Shown here in pieces: positions 1 through 12,055 of a DNA stretch of 64,000 bases. Source of the stretch: Octopus vulgaris (lineage: Eukaryota). The stretch's first letter is position 1; the number at the start of each line of letters is the position of its first letter. The notes below the pieces were generated by a model. The model was not told the origin of the DNA and made no database searches. It was given only the letters and a program-made list of their open reading frames with translations. The position numbers and the translations under genes are program-made. The DNA lies in the NCBI GenBank assembly GCA_951406725.2, contig OX597824.1:29636001-29700000 (forward strand), read 5' to 3'.

Positions 1-316
1 GACTTTGTCTTTCATCCTTTCGGGGTCGATAAATTAAGTACCAGTTACACACTGGGGTCGATATAATCGACTGAATCCGTTTGTCTGTCTTTGTTTGTCC
101 TCTCTGTGTTTAGCCCCTTGTGGGTAGTAAAGAAATAGGTATTTCGTCTGCCGCTGCGTTCTGAGTTCAAATTCCGCCGAGGTCGACTTTGCCTTTCATC
201 CTTTCGGGGTCGATAAATTTAGTACCAGTTACGCACTGAGGTCGATGTAATCGACTAAATCCTGTTGTCCTTGTTCGTCCCCTCTATTTTTAGCCCCTTC
301 TAGGCAATAAAGAAAA
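1..316 (+). mobile_element. SINE family B (tRNA-derived), partially dimeric copy truncated by the window edge
   Basis: Two tandem copies of the core gactttgcctttcatcctttcggggtcgataaattaagtaccagtt...cactggggtcgat; B-box-like gagttcaaattcc; matches full copies at 19965-20195, 33130-33362 and 46945-47172. Confidence 0.85.
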
Positions 317-383
317 CAGAAGAAAAGAAGATTACTGCCAGTCTGTCGTCCTTATGAATGTTGAAATTAATAATAGTTTTCAA

Positions 384-740
384 CTGGCAGAATCGTTAGC
401 ACAATGGCAAACAATACTCAGTGTAATTTCGTCCGTTTTCACGTGATGTGTTCAAATACCGCTGAGGTTAACTTTAGCTTTCATCCTTTTCGGCGTCGAT
501 AAAGATAAAGTACCAGTCAAATACAGGTGTCGATGAAATCGACCACCCCTTCTCAAAATTTCAGACCTTGTACCTATAGTAGAAAGGATACTGATGGTGT
601 TTCTAACCTAGACACAATGACAGTCAATTATATCGATCCATGTTTTGACTTCTGCATTATTTTATCGCCCCACTCCCTAGAAGAATGAAACGTAATGTTA
701 CCTTCGATGGGATTTGAATTCGGAACATAGAGATGGAACA
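384..740. mobile_element. Two degenerate SINE B copies (about 384-590 plus, about 600-740 minus)
   Basis: ctggcagaatcgttagcac head and tttcatccttttcggcgtcgataaa core, followed by a reverse-complement remnant. Confidence 0.6.
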
Positions 741-1252
741 ACTACAGTGCTGTTAACTTTTGTTTTATTCACCCCTCAACGATGAAAGCCCTCAAATGGC
801 CCTTGCTCTTACATGTATAACAGTTCGACCGTCTTCGCTGTACTGTCAATCTAATTAGCTGTGTATCTATGTCTACGACAGAACGCAACTGTGTAAAGAC
901 ATTGTGGTTTTGTAAAGTTATAAAGTCATGCTACCCATACAGATCCCACTCGACCATAAATTGCTCCTTGGTACTTTGCTCTCTCACAAGCTGTCCAGCT
1001 AGCAATGTCTCACCACACCCATGGGTTGATGTGGTACATGGATGAGCGTGGGTCTTAGCACTTCAGACCGTCTGTGTTTTTTTTCTCTCATCAGTCCTGA
1101 AATGCAGATAGATAGCAGCAGCTGATGATTCCTCTCCTTCCTTTGAAAAATATTGCCCAAATATCGGCTAAATCTCTTTCATTATATTTGGACTCGAGTA
1201 TCTCAACTTTTTACTAAGTAGTGAAAAAATCCAAAGGCGAGTAGAGAGAGGT

Positions 1253-1338
1253 AGACAGACAGGCAGAAATAGACAGAGATAGGCAGAAAGACAGACAGAG
1301 ACAGACAGACAGAAAGACAGACAGAGACAGACAGACAG

Positions 1339-1374
<36 letters not shown>

Positions 1375-1632
1375 TGAGACAGACAGAGACAGACATACAG
1401 ACAGACAGAGACAGACAGGCAGACAGACAGACAGAGACAGACAAACAGGCAGACAGAGACAGACAGAAAGACAGAGACAGACAGACAGAGACAGACAGGC
1501 AGACAGACAGGCAGACAGACAGACAGAGACAGACAAACAGGCAGACGGAGACAGACAGACAGAGACAGACAAACAGACAGACAGACAGACTGAGACATAC
1601 AGACAGACAGAAACAGACAGACAGGCAGGCAG
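1253..1632. repeat. Degenerate (AGAC)n/(CAGA)n tetranucleotide satellite
   Basis: Seen directly; accounts for the three overlapping SVCL-repeat ORFs. Confidence 0.95.
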
Positions 1633-2139
1633 AGTTTTCACAACAGACTTCTAACAACTTTGCATCTCCAACAGAAACCTACGCAAGTCTAAAGCCTCAC
1701 TATCTGGCACAATATTTACTATTGTTGCTGTGTTTATTGTTGAAACCCCTTCTCATAAATACTTATTCGTGTCAAAACCACCGAGTACATAATGATTTAT
1801 CTGGTATTTATGAGGCATGCATATTTTTTTAAATATTCATATTTCCATTTATAATATTTTAAAGTTTTTGTGTATCGTCGGCCCAAATGGTTTTGTCCGT
1901 TGAGGAGGCGTGCCTGATCGGCCTTTTGTATTCAGTGTCGGCTAACGATGAAAATATTTTCAAAATGTCGTGTTTTTCTCTCAATAAAGTTGACAAAAGA
2001 GACGTATAAACGAAAATCTTCACCTCATTAAATAATTCCACATAATAAGACACAAACAGTAAACCAATCTTTTTATGAAACTCAGTAAAATTTAGTCCAC
2101 AGTGCAGAGCACAAATAATGGAGTTTTACCAAAGCTAGA

Positions 2140-2279
2140 AATAATGATAATGATAATGCTGATAATAATGATTTTTATGACAACAACAACACCAACAATT
2201 ACAATAATAATAATAAATGATAATAATAATAAGAAGAAGAAGAAGAAGAAGAAGAATAATAATAATGATAATAATAATA

Positions 2280-2317
<38 letters not shown>

Positions 2318-2358
2318 TAACCCCAGTGTCACTGATGGTATGCACTGCTCTCTCACTC

Positions 2359-2392
<34 letters not shown>

Positions 2393-2430
2393 TTAATAAT
2401 AATAATAAAATAATAATAATAATAATAATA

Positions 2431-2516
<86 letters not shown>

Positions 2517-2529
2517 AATTATTATTATT
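2140..2529. repeat. Compound trinucleotide microsatellites (AAT/AAG, then AAT-ATT-ATC)
   Basis: Seen directly. Confidence 0.95.
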
Positions 2530-2607
2530 ACATTTAGTCACCATCTTATCGCCCATTCATTCAGACAAAACACATCACAAAAAGGATTTAAATAAAGTAC
2601 GGTGATA

Positions 2608-2766
2608 CGAGTGGCTGTGTGGTAAGTAGCTTGCTAACCAACCACATGGTTCCGGGTTCAGTCCCACTGCATGGCATCTTGGGCAAGTATCTTCTGCTAT
2701 AGCCCCGGGCCGACCAATGCCTTGTGAGTGGATTTGGTAGACGGAAACTGAAAGAAGCCCGTCGTA

Positions 2767-2842
<76 letters not shown>

Positions 2843-3058
2843 TGTTTGTGTGTCTGTTTTTGTCCCCCTAGCATTGCTTGACAACCGATGCTGGTGTGTT
2901 TACGTCCCCGTCACTTAGCGGTTCGGCAAAAGCGACCGATAGGATAAGTACTGGGCTTACAAAGAATAAGTCCCGGGGTCGATTTGTTCGACTAAAGGCG
3001 GTGCTCCAGCATGGCCGCAAAAATGACTAAAACAAGTAAAAGAGAGAAAAGAGAGAGA
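2608..3058 (+). mobile_element. SINE family A, full length, with internal (TA)n(TG)n microsatellite
   Basis: tRNA-like head gagtggctgtgtggtaag...ggttccgggttcagtccc, CORE-like ttgggcaagt, internal microsatellite, tail gcggtgctccagcatggccgc...aaacaagtaaaaga; more than 15 related copies in the window. Confidence 0.9.
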
Positions 3059-3871
3059 ATGAATACAAAAATAAATTTTTTAAATATATAACATATGTGT
3101 GCGTATGTTACTGTTCGTCTATAAATAGTCATACTTCAATTGAAGTAGTACAGAATACCTTTAACTTGAATATCAAATTTATATTTTAACTAAAATAATT
3201 GTAGACTGTGACTTCGAAATGTCGTATCATTTATCGTCGCCAAACTGGAAAGCTTTTGCAATTTCCTCTCTCATATATATTTTTTTATTCGTCTTGTGAA
3301 TGGAGCATAGTGGTTACAAAGCATATGTAATTTAATAGATATTGTTCTAGCTGTGTAAGTGTGTGTTTAATTCAAATTATGTATCTACCTAACTTGAACT
3401 AAAGTATCTGTTTAAATTAGTTATGCTTACTGCAGATAGTTAATGAATGGGGTTTTTTCTTTCTTTTTATTGGTAGGGTTCATTCAAGCATATACGTAAG
3501 CAAATGTGTGAGATGTTTAATCTGTATGGCGTTAGAGGTCATAGACAGGCTGTGATTTGTGATTTGCATTAAAAGATTGCGTCCAAGCATGTTTAACTGA
3601 GCAAAAAGTTAATTTTTAATGATTGGTTATTGAAAATAAGGAGGGATATTAATATTTGATTCTTATAGATATCACTTTTTATATGTATCTTCGCATACAT
3701 ATAGACACATATATAGATACGATAACAATACACACATATTTACGTATACAGATGTGTGTATGCATATGTGTATATATATATATATATGTGTGTGTATGTG
3801 GATATATATATTCATACATATATATATATACATATATTATATATGTATATATATATAAACATATATATACA

Positions 3872-3942
<71 letters not shown>

Positions 3943-3962
3943 GTGTGTGTGTATGTGTGTGC

Positions 3963-4936
3963 ATAATTATAATTAGGGTTCAGCTAACTGCTTCACCACA
4001 TACCGAAATTAGAAATAGGAGTTAAATATTCCTTTTTTTCTGCTACTATAAGAATCTCCATGACGGTAAACATACTTTTTTATGAAGGCAAAGAGAAAAA
4101 CAATGAATGAACACGACCAGGATTAATTATATACGCGTTTCGAGATTAAAGTGATTTACGTTTTACTTAATTCTCTCTTCAGTATAATATTTCATAAAAA
4201 AAGTATGTTTACCGTCATGGAGATTCTTATAGTAGTAGAAAAGTTATTTCTAACTCATTTTTCTAATTTCGGTATGTGGTGAAGCAGTTAGCGGAACCCT
4301 AATTATAATTATGTAGATAATTTTACCTATAAAGGTTATTTTAACGTACCGATCTCCTTGGTAAAAATGTTAATTAATTGATTAATTGATTAATTAATTT
4401 GATTAATAAATTTTACCCTTCTATTATTAATTTAAAATTATAATTTACTCCATGATAGAATACTGCAGTTTTCTGCGGTATTGCTCGTAGCATACACGTG
4501 GGTATAGAGTTGGAATAGTGTATTCACATTCGGCTCTGTAAATTTTGAAAGTGTTGGTTGGATATCTGTTACATGATGACGCTCGATTGTGTACATATTC
4601 AGTCATAGCACTTTCAAATTTTAGAGAAGTAAGTACAACTTAAATTATTTTAATCTCGAAACGCGTATATAATTAACCTTGGTCGTGTTCATTCATTGTT
4701 TTTCTCTTTGCCTTCGCAAAAAAGTATATTTACCGTCATGGAGATTCTTATAGTAGTAGAAAAGGAATTTCTAACTCCCTTTTCTAATTTCGGTATGTGG
4801 TGAAGCAGTTAGATGAATTCTAATTATAATTATGTGGATAATTTTACCTATAAAGGGTCTTTTAACGTACCGATCTACTTGTTAAACTTGTTAATTAATT
4901 AATTAATTTGATTAATAAATTTTACCTTTCTACTAG

Positions 4937-4940
<4 letters not shown>
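3963..4940. mobile_element. Penelope-like non-autonomous element with inverted and direct pseudo-LTR copies
   Basis: 3963-4086 is the reverse complement of 4191-4312; 4191-4430 recurs as a direct repeat at about 4715-4940; hammerhead in the spacer; ends in (TA)n; a tail fragment recurs at about 51150-51293. Confidence 0.7.
4126..4188 (-). ncRNA. Minimal type I hammerhead ribozyme
   Basis: Minus strand AUUAUA-CUGAAGA-GAGAAUUAAG...UUAAUCUC-GAAAC-GC-GUA/UAUAAU; 6-bp stem I, core intact, GUA cleavage triplet. Confidence 0.75.
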
Positions 4941-4983
<43 letters not shown>

Positions 4984-5059
4984 ATTTCTGCGTTTATTTT
5001 CCTAAGTCCACATTCTTATAGGGATAACAATACATACACCAACAAAAGCATATGCATGT

Positions 5060-7177
5060 ATGTATATATACATACAATCAGAAAGGATCTGTCTTTCATC
5101 GACTGGTCTTTTACTCTCAATTCCACCCAAATTGAGACCGCGTGGCAGCACTTTGAGAACATTGTCACTTATACATTCTCTAAACACGCTCCTACGAAAT
5201 CTACTAACACAAACAGAAACCGGCTCCCTAAAAAGAAAAAAACACTCATCAGGCGCATCAAAAGACTCAACAAAAAAAATCAACCAACTAAAATATTCCC
5301 ACACACAACATCCACATTCAACAACAATGAAAAGGCTAGAGTTGGAAAAACTTCATCTGCAGACCGACATGAAAACCTACATTGAAAATCAAAGAACTGT
5401 GGAGAAACAGTGGTTAATCAAAAACATCAAAGAGAACCCAAAAGTGTTCTATTCATATGCAAATAAGCATAGAACCAATGTCTCACCCATTGGGCCATTG
5501 ATTGATGATAACGGCATTCCCCAACACGATGCTAAAGAAATGGCAGAAATACTGCAGAAACAATACTGCTCTGTCTTTCGTGTCCTCACTGATATTGACG
5601 CAAGAGAAGCGAACGAAGTTGATTCCCAACATAAAATCTCAGACATAACTTTCACTGCCTCTGACATCATAGCAGCAATAAATGTGGTCAAATACTATTC
5701 TGCTGTAGGCCCTGATAGATTCCCCGCTAGTCTCCTGAAGGAATGTAGACACCAACTTGCAGTCCCTCTGACCAACCTCTGGAGAAATTCGTTAGACTCG
5801 GGTTATATACCGAAACAACTTCTATCCCAGTCTGTCATCCCGGTTTTCAAACAGGGAAACAGATCCCTCGCAGTCAACTATCGCCCAATCTCACTCACCT
5901 CCCACATCATTAAAGTGTTTGAAAGAGTGTTAAGATCAAGGATAGCTGACTTCCTGGAGACCCACAAACTCCTAAATGCAAATCAGCATGGCTTTCGCTG
6001 TGGCAGAGACTGTCTAACACAGCTCTTACACCACATTGAAGATGTACTCAAAGCCTTGGGAACAGGTTCGAACTCTGATGTCATATATCTTGACTTCAGT
6101 AAAGCGTTCGACAGGGTTGAGCATAATATCCTACTCTCAAAATTGGCAAATGTTGGAATCCGTGGAAAACTTCTACACTGAATTAAGTATTTCCTGGTGA
6201 ATAGAATACAACATGTTGTAGTTGACAGAGTCCACTCAAGCCCAGCAAAAGTCACCAGCGGTGTCCCCCAGGGGACTGTTTTGGGCCCGCTACTCTTTAT
6301 AATTTACATAAACGACCTTTCTAGTGTCGTACATTACTGCAAAGTGAAAATATTTGCTGATGACACTAAGCTCCAGCAAATCATCAATGAAGAAGCAGAC
6401 CGAACTCAACTTCAGTCTGATCTATATGCTGTGAGTCAATGGGCAGACAGAAACAAAATGCAACTGAACGAGGGAAAATTTGAGCTGATGCATTTTGGAA
6501 GAAATTCCTCACTAAAACAGCCATACTCTCTTCCTTCAGGGGAACCGCTCACAGCTTCTAACAATATCAGAGACCTGGGTGTAATTGTTGATGACGATCT
6601 CAGTTGGAGTGCACACATCAACAAGCAGGTCGATATAGCTCGTAGGATGAGTTCCTGGATCTTAAGAACTTTCCGGTCCAGAGAACAAGGTGTCATCATA
6701 CCACTTTTCTCCTCCTTTGTACGGCCACACCTCGGATACTGCTGCCCACTGTGGTCTCCCCATACAAGACAAAACATCTCGAGGATTGAATCACCCCAGA
6801 GAGCACTCACTAAACGAATTGAAGGCATGGCTGCTCTCGATTATTGGGATCGCCTTAAAACCTTGAAACTTTACTCCCTCCAGCGTCGCCGAGAGCGGTA
6901 CATCATTTGTACGATGTGGAAAATATACCGCCAACTTTGCCCAAACTACCTGAACATTAGCTTCAAGGTTCATCCAAGACTGGGACCACGGGCCATACGT
7001 CCCCTGCCCAATTCAAGAGCACAGCATACATGTACACTGCAACATAATTTCTTTTCCTCAACAGGCCCTGCCCTATTTAACATTGTCCCGAAATAGATCA
7101 AAGAGGAAAGGGATCCCATCAACTTTAAACGGAGTCTGGACAGATTCCTTCAAGGAATACCTGATAAGCCACCCATA
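5060..7177 (+). pseudogene. LINE reverse transcriptase pseudogene
   Basis: ORFs 5060-6181 and 6197-7096 share a frame, separated by TGA at 6179 (probable former Trp codon); further stop at 7094; frameshift near the A-run at about 5275 relative to ORF 5056-5385. Confidence 0.88.
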
Positions 7178-7179
7178 AT
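5075..7179 (+). mobile_element. 5'-truncated CR1-group (CR1/L2/Crack-like) non-LTR retrotransposon with decayed ORF2 RT
   Basis: Motifs KENPKVFYSY, NYRPISLTS, QHGFR, YLDFSKAFDRV, GVPQGTVLGPLLF, FADDTKL, RDLGV, LYSLQRRRER; no endonuclease domain seen; 3' end broken by (TAT)n. Confidence 0.92.
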
Positions 7180-7184
7180 GTTTG

Positions 7185-7259
<75 letters not shown>

Positions 7260-7267
7260 GGAGGAGA

Positions 7268-7598
7268 AGACCCCCTTCGATCATGAATGACCATGAGATT
7301 GCACCTAGAAAGTTACTCTCCGAGGCACAGGTCTGGGCAAGGTTGTTTGTGGAAGGCGAGCAGTCGCCGATGCATACGAAATTCCCCTCTCCACACCACT
7401 GATGTTATTCAAGGGAAAAGCAAGGACCGATAGAGCTTGGCACCTGTGACGTCACAACTCATTTCTACAGCTGAGTTAACTGGAGCAACGTGAAATAAAG
7501 TATCTCGCTCAAGAACACAACACAGCCCGGTCTGGGAATCGAACTCACAACCTCACGATCGTAAGCTCTACGCTCTAACCACTAAGCCATGCGCCTTC
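7268..7598 (-). mobile_element. SINE family D (tRNA-derived)
   Basis: Minus-strand head ggcgcatggcttagtggttagagcg...gagttcgattccc (A and B boxes), body gtgttcttgagc...tttcacgttgctccag; embedded in (TAT)n. Confidence 0.85.
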
Positions 7599-7600
7599 AC

Positions 7601-7667
<67 letters not shown>

Positions 7668-7852
7668 TGAAGAGAAAGGTGATGGTAGAGAAGGAGGTGC
7701 TGCCTTCTAATGCGTTTATCAAAAAGTGGTCGACAGTGGCAAAACTGGTGAGACTGAATGGATCTACTCTGAATATGCTTTTCTAAGCTGGAGGAAAGAA
7801 ACTGTTATATCCCCCTTGATATATGTTAGCCTCTCATGTCTTTGTTTTTGGT

Positions 7853-7884
<32 letters not shown>

Positions 7885-7899
7885 ACACATATACATATA

Positions 7900-8130
7900 T
7901 GTAAATTTAGATAAACTTAGATATGTTTCGACCAAAGATTGGTCCAGGCCATGTCTAACTTAATAGCACCACCTGATAGGATTATCTAAATCCTGTTTAA
8001 GTCAAGTTTTGTTTATGGTCCATTCAACTAGTGAGTTTTTGTTGGGTGAGTTGTATCCAATTATGGGTGGCTTATCAGGTATTCCTTGAAGGAACCTGTC
8101 CAGACTCTGTTTAAAGTTGATGGGATCCTT
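7900..8130 (-). mobile_element. Short 5'-truncated 3' end of the same CR1-group LINE, inverted
   Basis: 8060-8128 is a near-identical reverse complement of 7111-7179 and continues into a putative 3' UTR ending atctaagtttatctaaattt. Confidence 0.8.
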
Positions 8131-8164
8131 TTCTTATATAGGGTTGTTGTTGTTGTTTTTCTTC

Positions 8165-8240
8165 TTCAGGTCACTGCCTGGAATCGAACTCAGAATCTTG
8201 GGGTTAGTAGCCCGCGCTCTTAACCACTAGGCCGTGGGCA
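8165..8240 (-). mobile_element. Short tRNA-derived SINE head (family E)
   Basis: ggcctagtggttaagagcgcgggctactaaccccaagattctgagttcgattccaggc has A and B boxes but no convincing acceptor stem. Confidence 0.6.
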
Positions 8241-8798
8241 TGTGGGAAATGATGTACTTTAGTTTTTCGAAAACGGAGAGTTAAACCACGGGACTGTAAT
8301 AATAAAAAAAATACCGGAACGTAAAGCAATAACAAAAAAAAAAGAAAAGAAAATTAACAAATTAAAATTTAAATAAATAAACAGCTCTAAACAAAATAAG
8401 ACAAAGTGTATTCTAGATAATATTTCTCGATTAAATATTTTTGAGCATAAGTTTGCATAATGCGTTGAAGCAAGTGTTGAAGGTTATTAGGTTCCGGTAT
8501 CAAACCCAGGTGGCTGCTTCTTGCACGTGTTTGGGCGGGTTGCGTTTATTTCGTTTACGTTCATATTCATATATTTATATTTGTGTATATATTTGTTTAC
8601 TTTGTGTAATTCATCTGCACTTATATCAACAACTTTTAATATGTTTCAATATATTATATAACGTTCTCATCCAAAATGTTTGTTTTAATATTAGATACGC
8701 ATGAACGTCTCGGCATCTCTGTAAACTTTTTAAAACAAGATTTGTGTATCTAGGAATAAGGTATGTTGAAAGTAAAAGAATGTTGATACCACTATTTC

Positions 8799-8803
8799 TG
8801 CTG

Positions 8804-8895
<92 letters not shown>

Positions 8896-8926
8896 ACTAC
8901 TACTACTACTACTGCTGTTGCTGCTG

Positions 8927-8957
<31 letters not shown>

Positions 8958-9010
8958 CACTGTTGTCGTTGTTGTTACTGATATTATTATTATTATGATT
9001 ATTATTATTA
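8799..9010. repeat. (CTA)n/(CTG)n compound microsatellite
   Basis: Seen directly. Confidence 0.95.
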
Positions 9011-9017
9011 ATATTTA

Positions 9018-9210
9018 GGTGATGAGGTGGCATAACCGTTAACACGGCGGTAAAAAATGCTAGGTGGAATTTCGTCCGCCATAACGAGTTCGAATTTGCT
9101 TTTCCTCTTTTCGAGGTTGATAAAATAAATACCAGTTGAGCACTGGGGTTAATGTAATCAAATAAGCCCTCCTCCCAAATTCCAAGCCTTGTGACTAAAA
9201 CGGAAATTAT
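9018..9210 (+). mobile_element. SINE B, degenerate
   Basis: gagttcgaattt...gataaaataaataccagttgagcactgggg. Confidence 0.7.
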
Positions 9211-9309
9211 TATTACTGTTTTACTTCTCAGAGCGTTCGGTCTCGTTTGCTCTGGTTGATTCTGTGAGAGCGAACAGCCGCTGGTGTTAGAGATCTCATA
9301 TATATATAT

Positions 9310-9545
9310 GGTTGTTCGTGTGTTTGAGTGCGTGTGTATCCAAAGTTTGGGTTTGTCGCTCACTACCTCTCTTCAACTGGCATTAGTTTGTTTACATCTT
9401 CGTAACTTACCAAAACAGACCAATAGATAAGTACCAAGCACTTAAACGGAATAAGTACTAGGGTCGATTTGATCGACGGAACTCCTCAAAGTGGTGCCCC
9501 AGCATGGCCGCAATCGGATGACTGAAACAAATGGAAGCTGACCGG
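9310..9545 (+). mobile_element. SINE A 3' half, degenerate
   Basis: gataagtacc...gggtcgatttg...gtggtgccccagcatggccgc...tgactgaaacaa. Confidence 0.7.
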
Positions 9546-9589
9546 TAAAAAGAACAGCCAAAAACAGCTGCAGCAATAATAATCATTTT

Positions 9590-9947
9590 TATTATAGGTA
9601 CAAAGTATGATCTATCTTTTTCTATTTTTGTTCTGAAGTTGGGGAGGACGAACAAGAAAGTCAACCACGGCGAAATTTGAACTCAGAACGTAAAGACGAA
9701 ATACCACTAAGCATTTTGTACAAGCTCGCCGCCTAAGCAGTAATTATAAAAACGATTTCAAAATTTTGGCACAAGGCCACGGATTTCGGGGGATGGAGTA
9801 AGTCGGTTACATCGACCCCAGTGCTCAACTGGGACTTATTTTATCGATCCTGAAAGGATAAAAGGCAAAGTCGACCTCCTCAACATTTGAACTCAGAACG
9901 TAAAAGCCGGCGAAACGTAGCTAAGCATTCTGTGCCAGCGCGCCGCC

Positions 9948-10006
<59 letters not shown>

Positions 10007-10220
10007 CCTTTCTATTGAAAGCACAAAGCCTGTAATTCTGGGGGAGGGAAGTAGTCGATTACATCGATCCCAGTGTTTCACTGGTACTTAATTTATCGAC
10101 CTCGAAAGGATGAAAGGCAAAGCCGATGCCGGTGGAATTCGAACTCAAAACGTAAAGACAGACGAAATGCCGCTTAACATTCTTCCCGGTGTGCTAACGA
10201 TTCTGTCAGCTCAACGCCTT

Positions 10221-10263
<43 letters not shown>

Positions 10264-10442
10264 GTAGTAGCTTCATATTTTGCCACAAGGGGATGTGTCG
10301 ATTACATCGACCCTACTGTTCAACTGATACTTGATTTGTCGATCCCGAAAGGATGAAAGGCAAAGTCGACCTCTGCGGAATTTGAACTCAGAACATGAAG
10401 ACGGACGAATATTGCCCGGCGTGCTAAGAACCCTGCCAGCTT
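9590..10442 (-). mobile_element. Cluster of four same-orientation SINE B copies separated by (TAG)n/(AAT)n
   Basis: aaaggcaaagtcgacc...tttgaactcagaacg-like core at about 9660, 9860, 10115 and 10355. Confidence 0.8.
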
Positions 10443-10473
10443 GATGATGATGATGATGATGATAATAATAATG

Positions 10474-10528
<55 letters not shown>

Positions 10529-10964
10529 TAATAATAATAATACCGACAGCAATGAATACATCAAGAAACAAGCGGAACGGAAATCCATTTCAAAGTGTTT
10601 AATGTTTACGTTGACAGCAAAGAATTTTAACGCTGGATGGCTGCACCAATTCCTCGCCCTAAGAGTGTACATAGATTTGCTGACGTCTATTTTTCACAAC
10701 CATTGGTTCCATATTTCAGGAACATAATTAACAGTCATGGACTATAAAGTAAAGCAATAAAGTTAAGCACATCTTCAATCTGCAAAACACATATATATAT
10801 TTGGGTCTTTTGTGTATGTTTGTGTGTGTGTACGTGTATGTGTGTGCGTGTGTGTGCGTGCATGTGCGTACAAACAGAAGTACATACATAAAAACATACA
10901 TGAATACATGCACACATGCATAATGTATACAATATATATACACACACACACATACATACATACA

Positions 10965-11052
<88 letters not shown>

Positions 11053-11056
11053 TATA

Positions 11057-11300
11057 TAACAGGTATCGTTTCTTTTCTTGTTTCTTTTGCATATTTCTTT
11101 ATTCTATTTTGATAAAGGGTTCACCCGAAACGTTAGTCTAATTCTATTCCTTTTTCCTCCTTTCAGCGTAGAATTCACAGTTCGCAACTTAATTTTAATA
11201 CCTATATGCGTGTTTACATATTGTCCACCAAGTTCGCAATTTTTGTCGACCTCTTGTAAACTTTCAGTACATCTTTTATCTCCTTCATTGTATTTATGCT
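11057..11300 (+). mobile_element. Probable Penelope-like pseudo-LTR fragment with a degenerate hammerhead
   Basis: ttgataa-a-ggg-ttca-ccc-gaaac-gtta-gtc at about 11109-11138 (core eroded from CTGATGA); follows (TA)n. Confidence 0.4.
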
Positions 11301-11417
11301 ATTTTATTTTTACACATGCATTCATACATACACTACATACATATATACATACATACATTACATACAAATATACATACATGCAAACACGTGTTTTCTTACC
11401 TATTTTTCTCGTCTCAT

Positions 11418-11461
<44 letters not shown>

Positions 11462-11462
<1 letters not shown>

Positions 11463-11945
11463 AAGAATGGAGTCGAACGATTTAACAAAATTCCTTTATT
11501 CTCGACATATGTTTCGAAGACTGCATATTCTTAATTCCGAAGGAATAAAGGGTGCATTATGCCGTCTTCTCATCAGGAAAGACAAGGAACTTATGAGAAA
11601 CACTTATTATCACTATGGACTCCGTGTGGGCAATCATCTAAAAGTTTTTGTTCGTCTTGATGCTGACATAAGTTCCTTGTCTTTCCTGATGAGAAGACGG
11701 CATAATGCACCCTTTATTCCTTCGGAATTAAGAATATGCAGTCTTCGAAACATATGTCGAGAATAAAGGAATTTTGTTAAATCGTCGTTCGACTCCATTC
11801 TTTCATTTATCTATAAAAAAACACACAAATTTCCACACGAAAGCACGTGATTTCTGCCCTTGGTATGTAGCTTCAACCGTGCTTTCTGACGTAAATTTGC
11901 TACCCGGGTATCGGTTAACCTAATTATCCGTACTAGGATAATTCA
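11462..11945. mobile_element. Fold-back Penelope-like element with a hammerhead in each arm
   Basis: Arms 11462-11595 and 11667-11803 are reverse complements apart from a 3-nt indel; 71-nt spacer; (TA)n on both flanks. Confidence 0.8.
11674..11772 (+). ncRNA. Type I hammerhead ribozyme (mirror copy on minus at 11492-11588)
   Basis: CUUUC-CUGAUGA-GAAGAC...GUCUUC-GAAAC-AUAU-GUC/GAGAA; long stem II (gcata/tatgc, attc-cttcg-gaat); predicted cleavage after C11758. Confidence 0.82.
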
Positions 11946-11958
11946 TTCAACAAGTTAA

Positions 11959-12047
<89 letters not shown>

Positions 12048-12055
12048 GTATATAT

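Noticed and set aside
800-1140. Complex sequence that might be an exon or old retroelement
   Set aside because: Stops in the frames I read and no recognisable motif; cannot support a call
1085-1160. CTGATGA motifs on both strands near a GAAA
   Set aside because: No stem II or stem I pairing, so not a hammerhead
1168-1657. Three overlapping Cys/Ser/Val/Leu-rich ORFs
   Set aside because: Artefact of the stop-free (AGAC)n satellite
5060-7096. Active LINE or domesticated RT gene
   Set aside because: In-frame stops, a frameshift, no endonuclease domain and a disrupted 3' end
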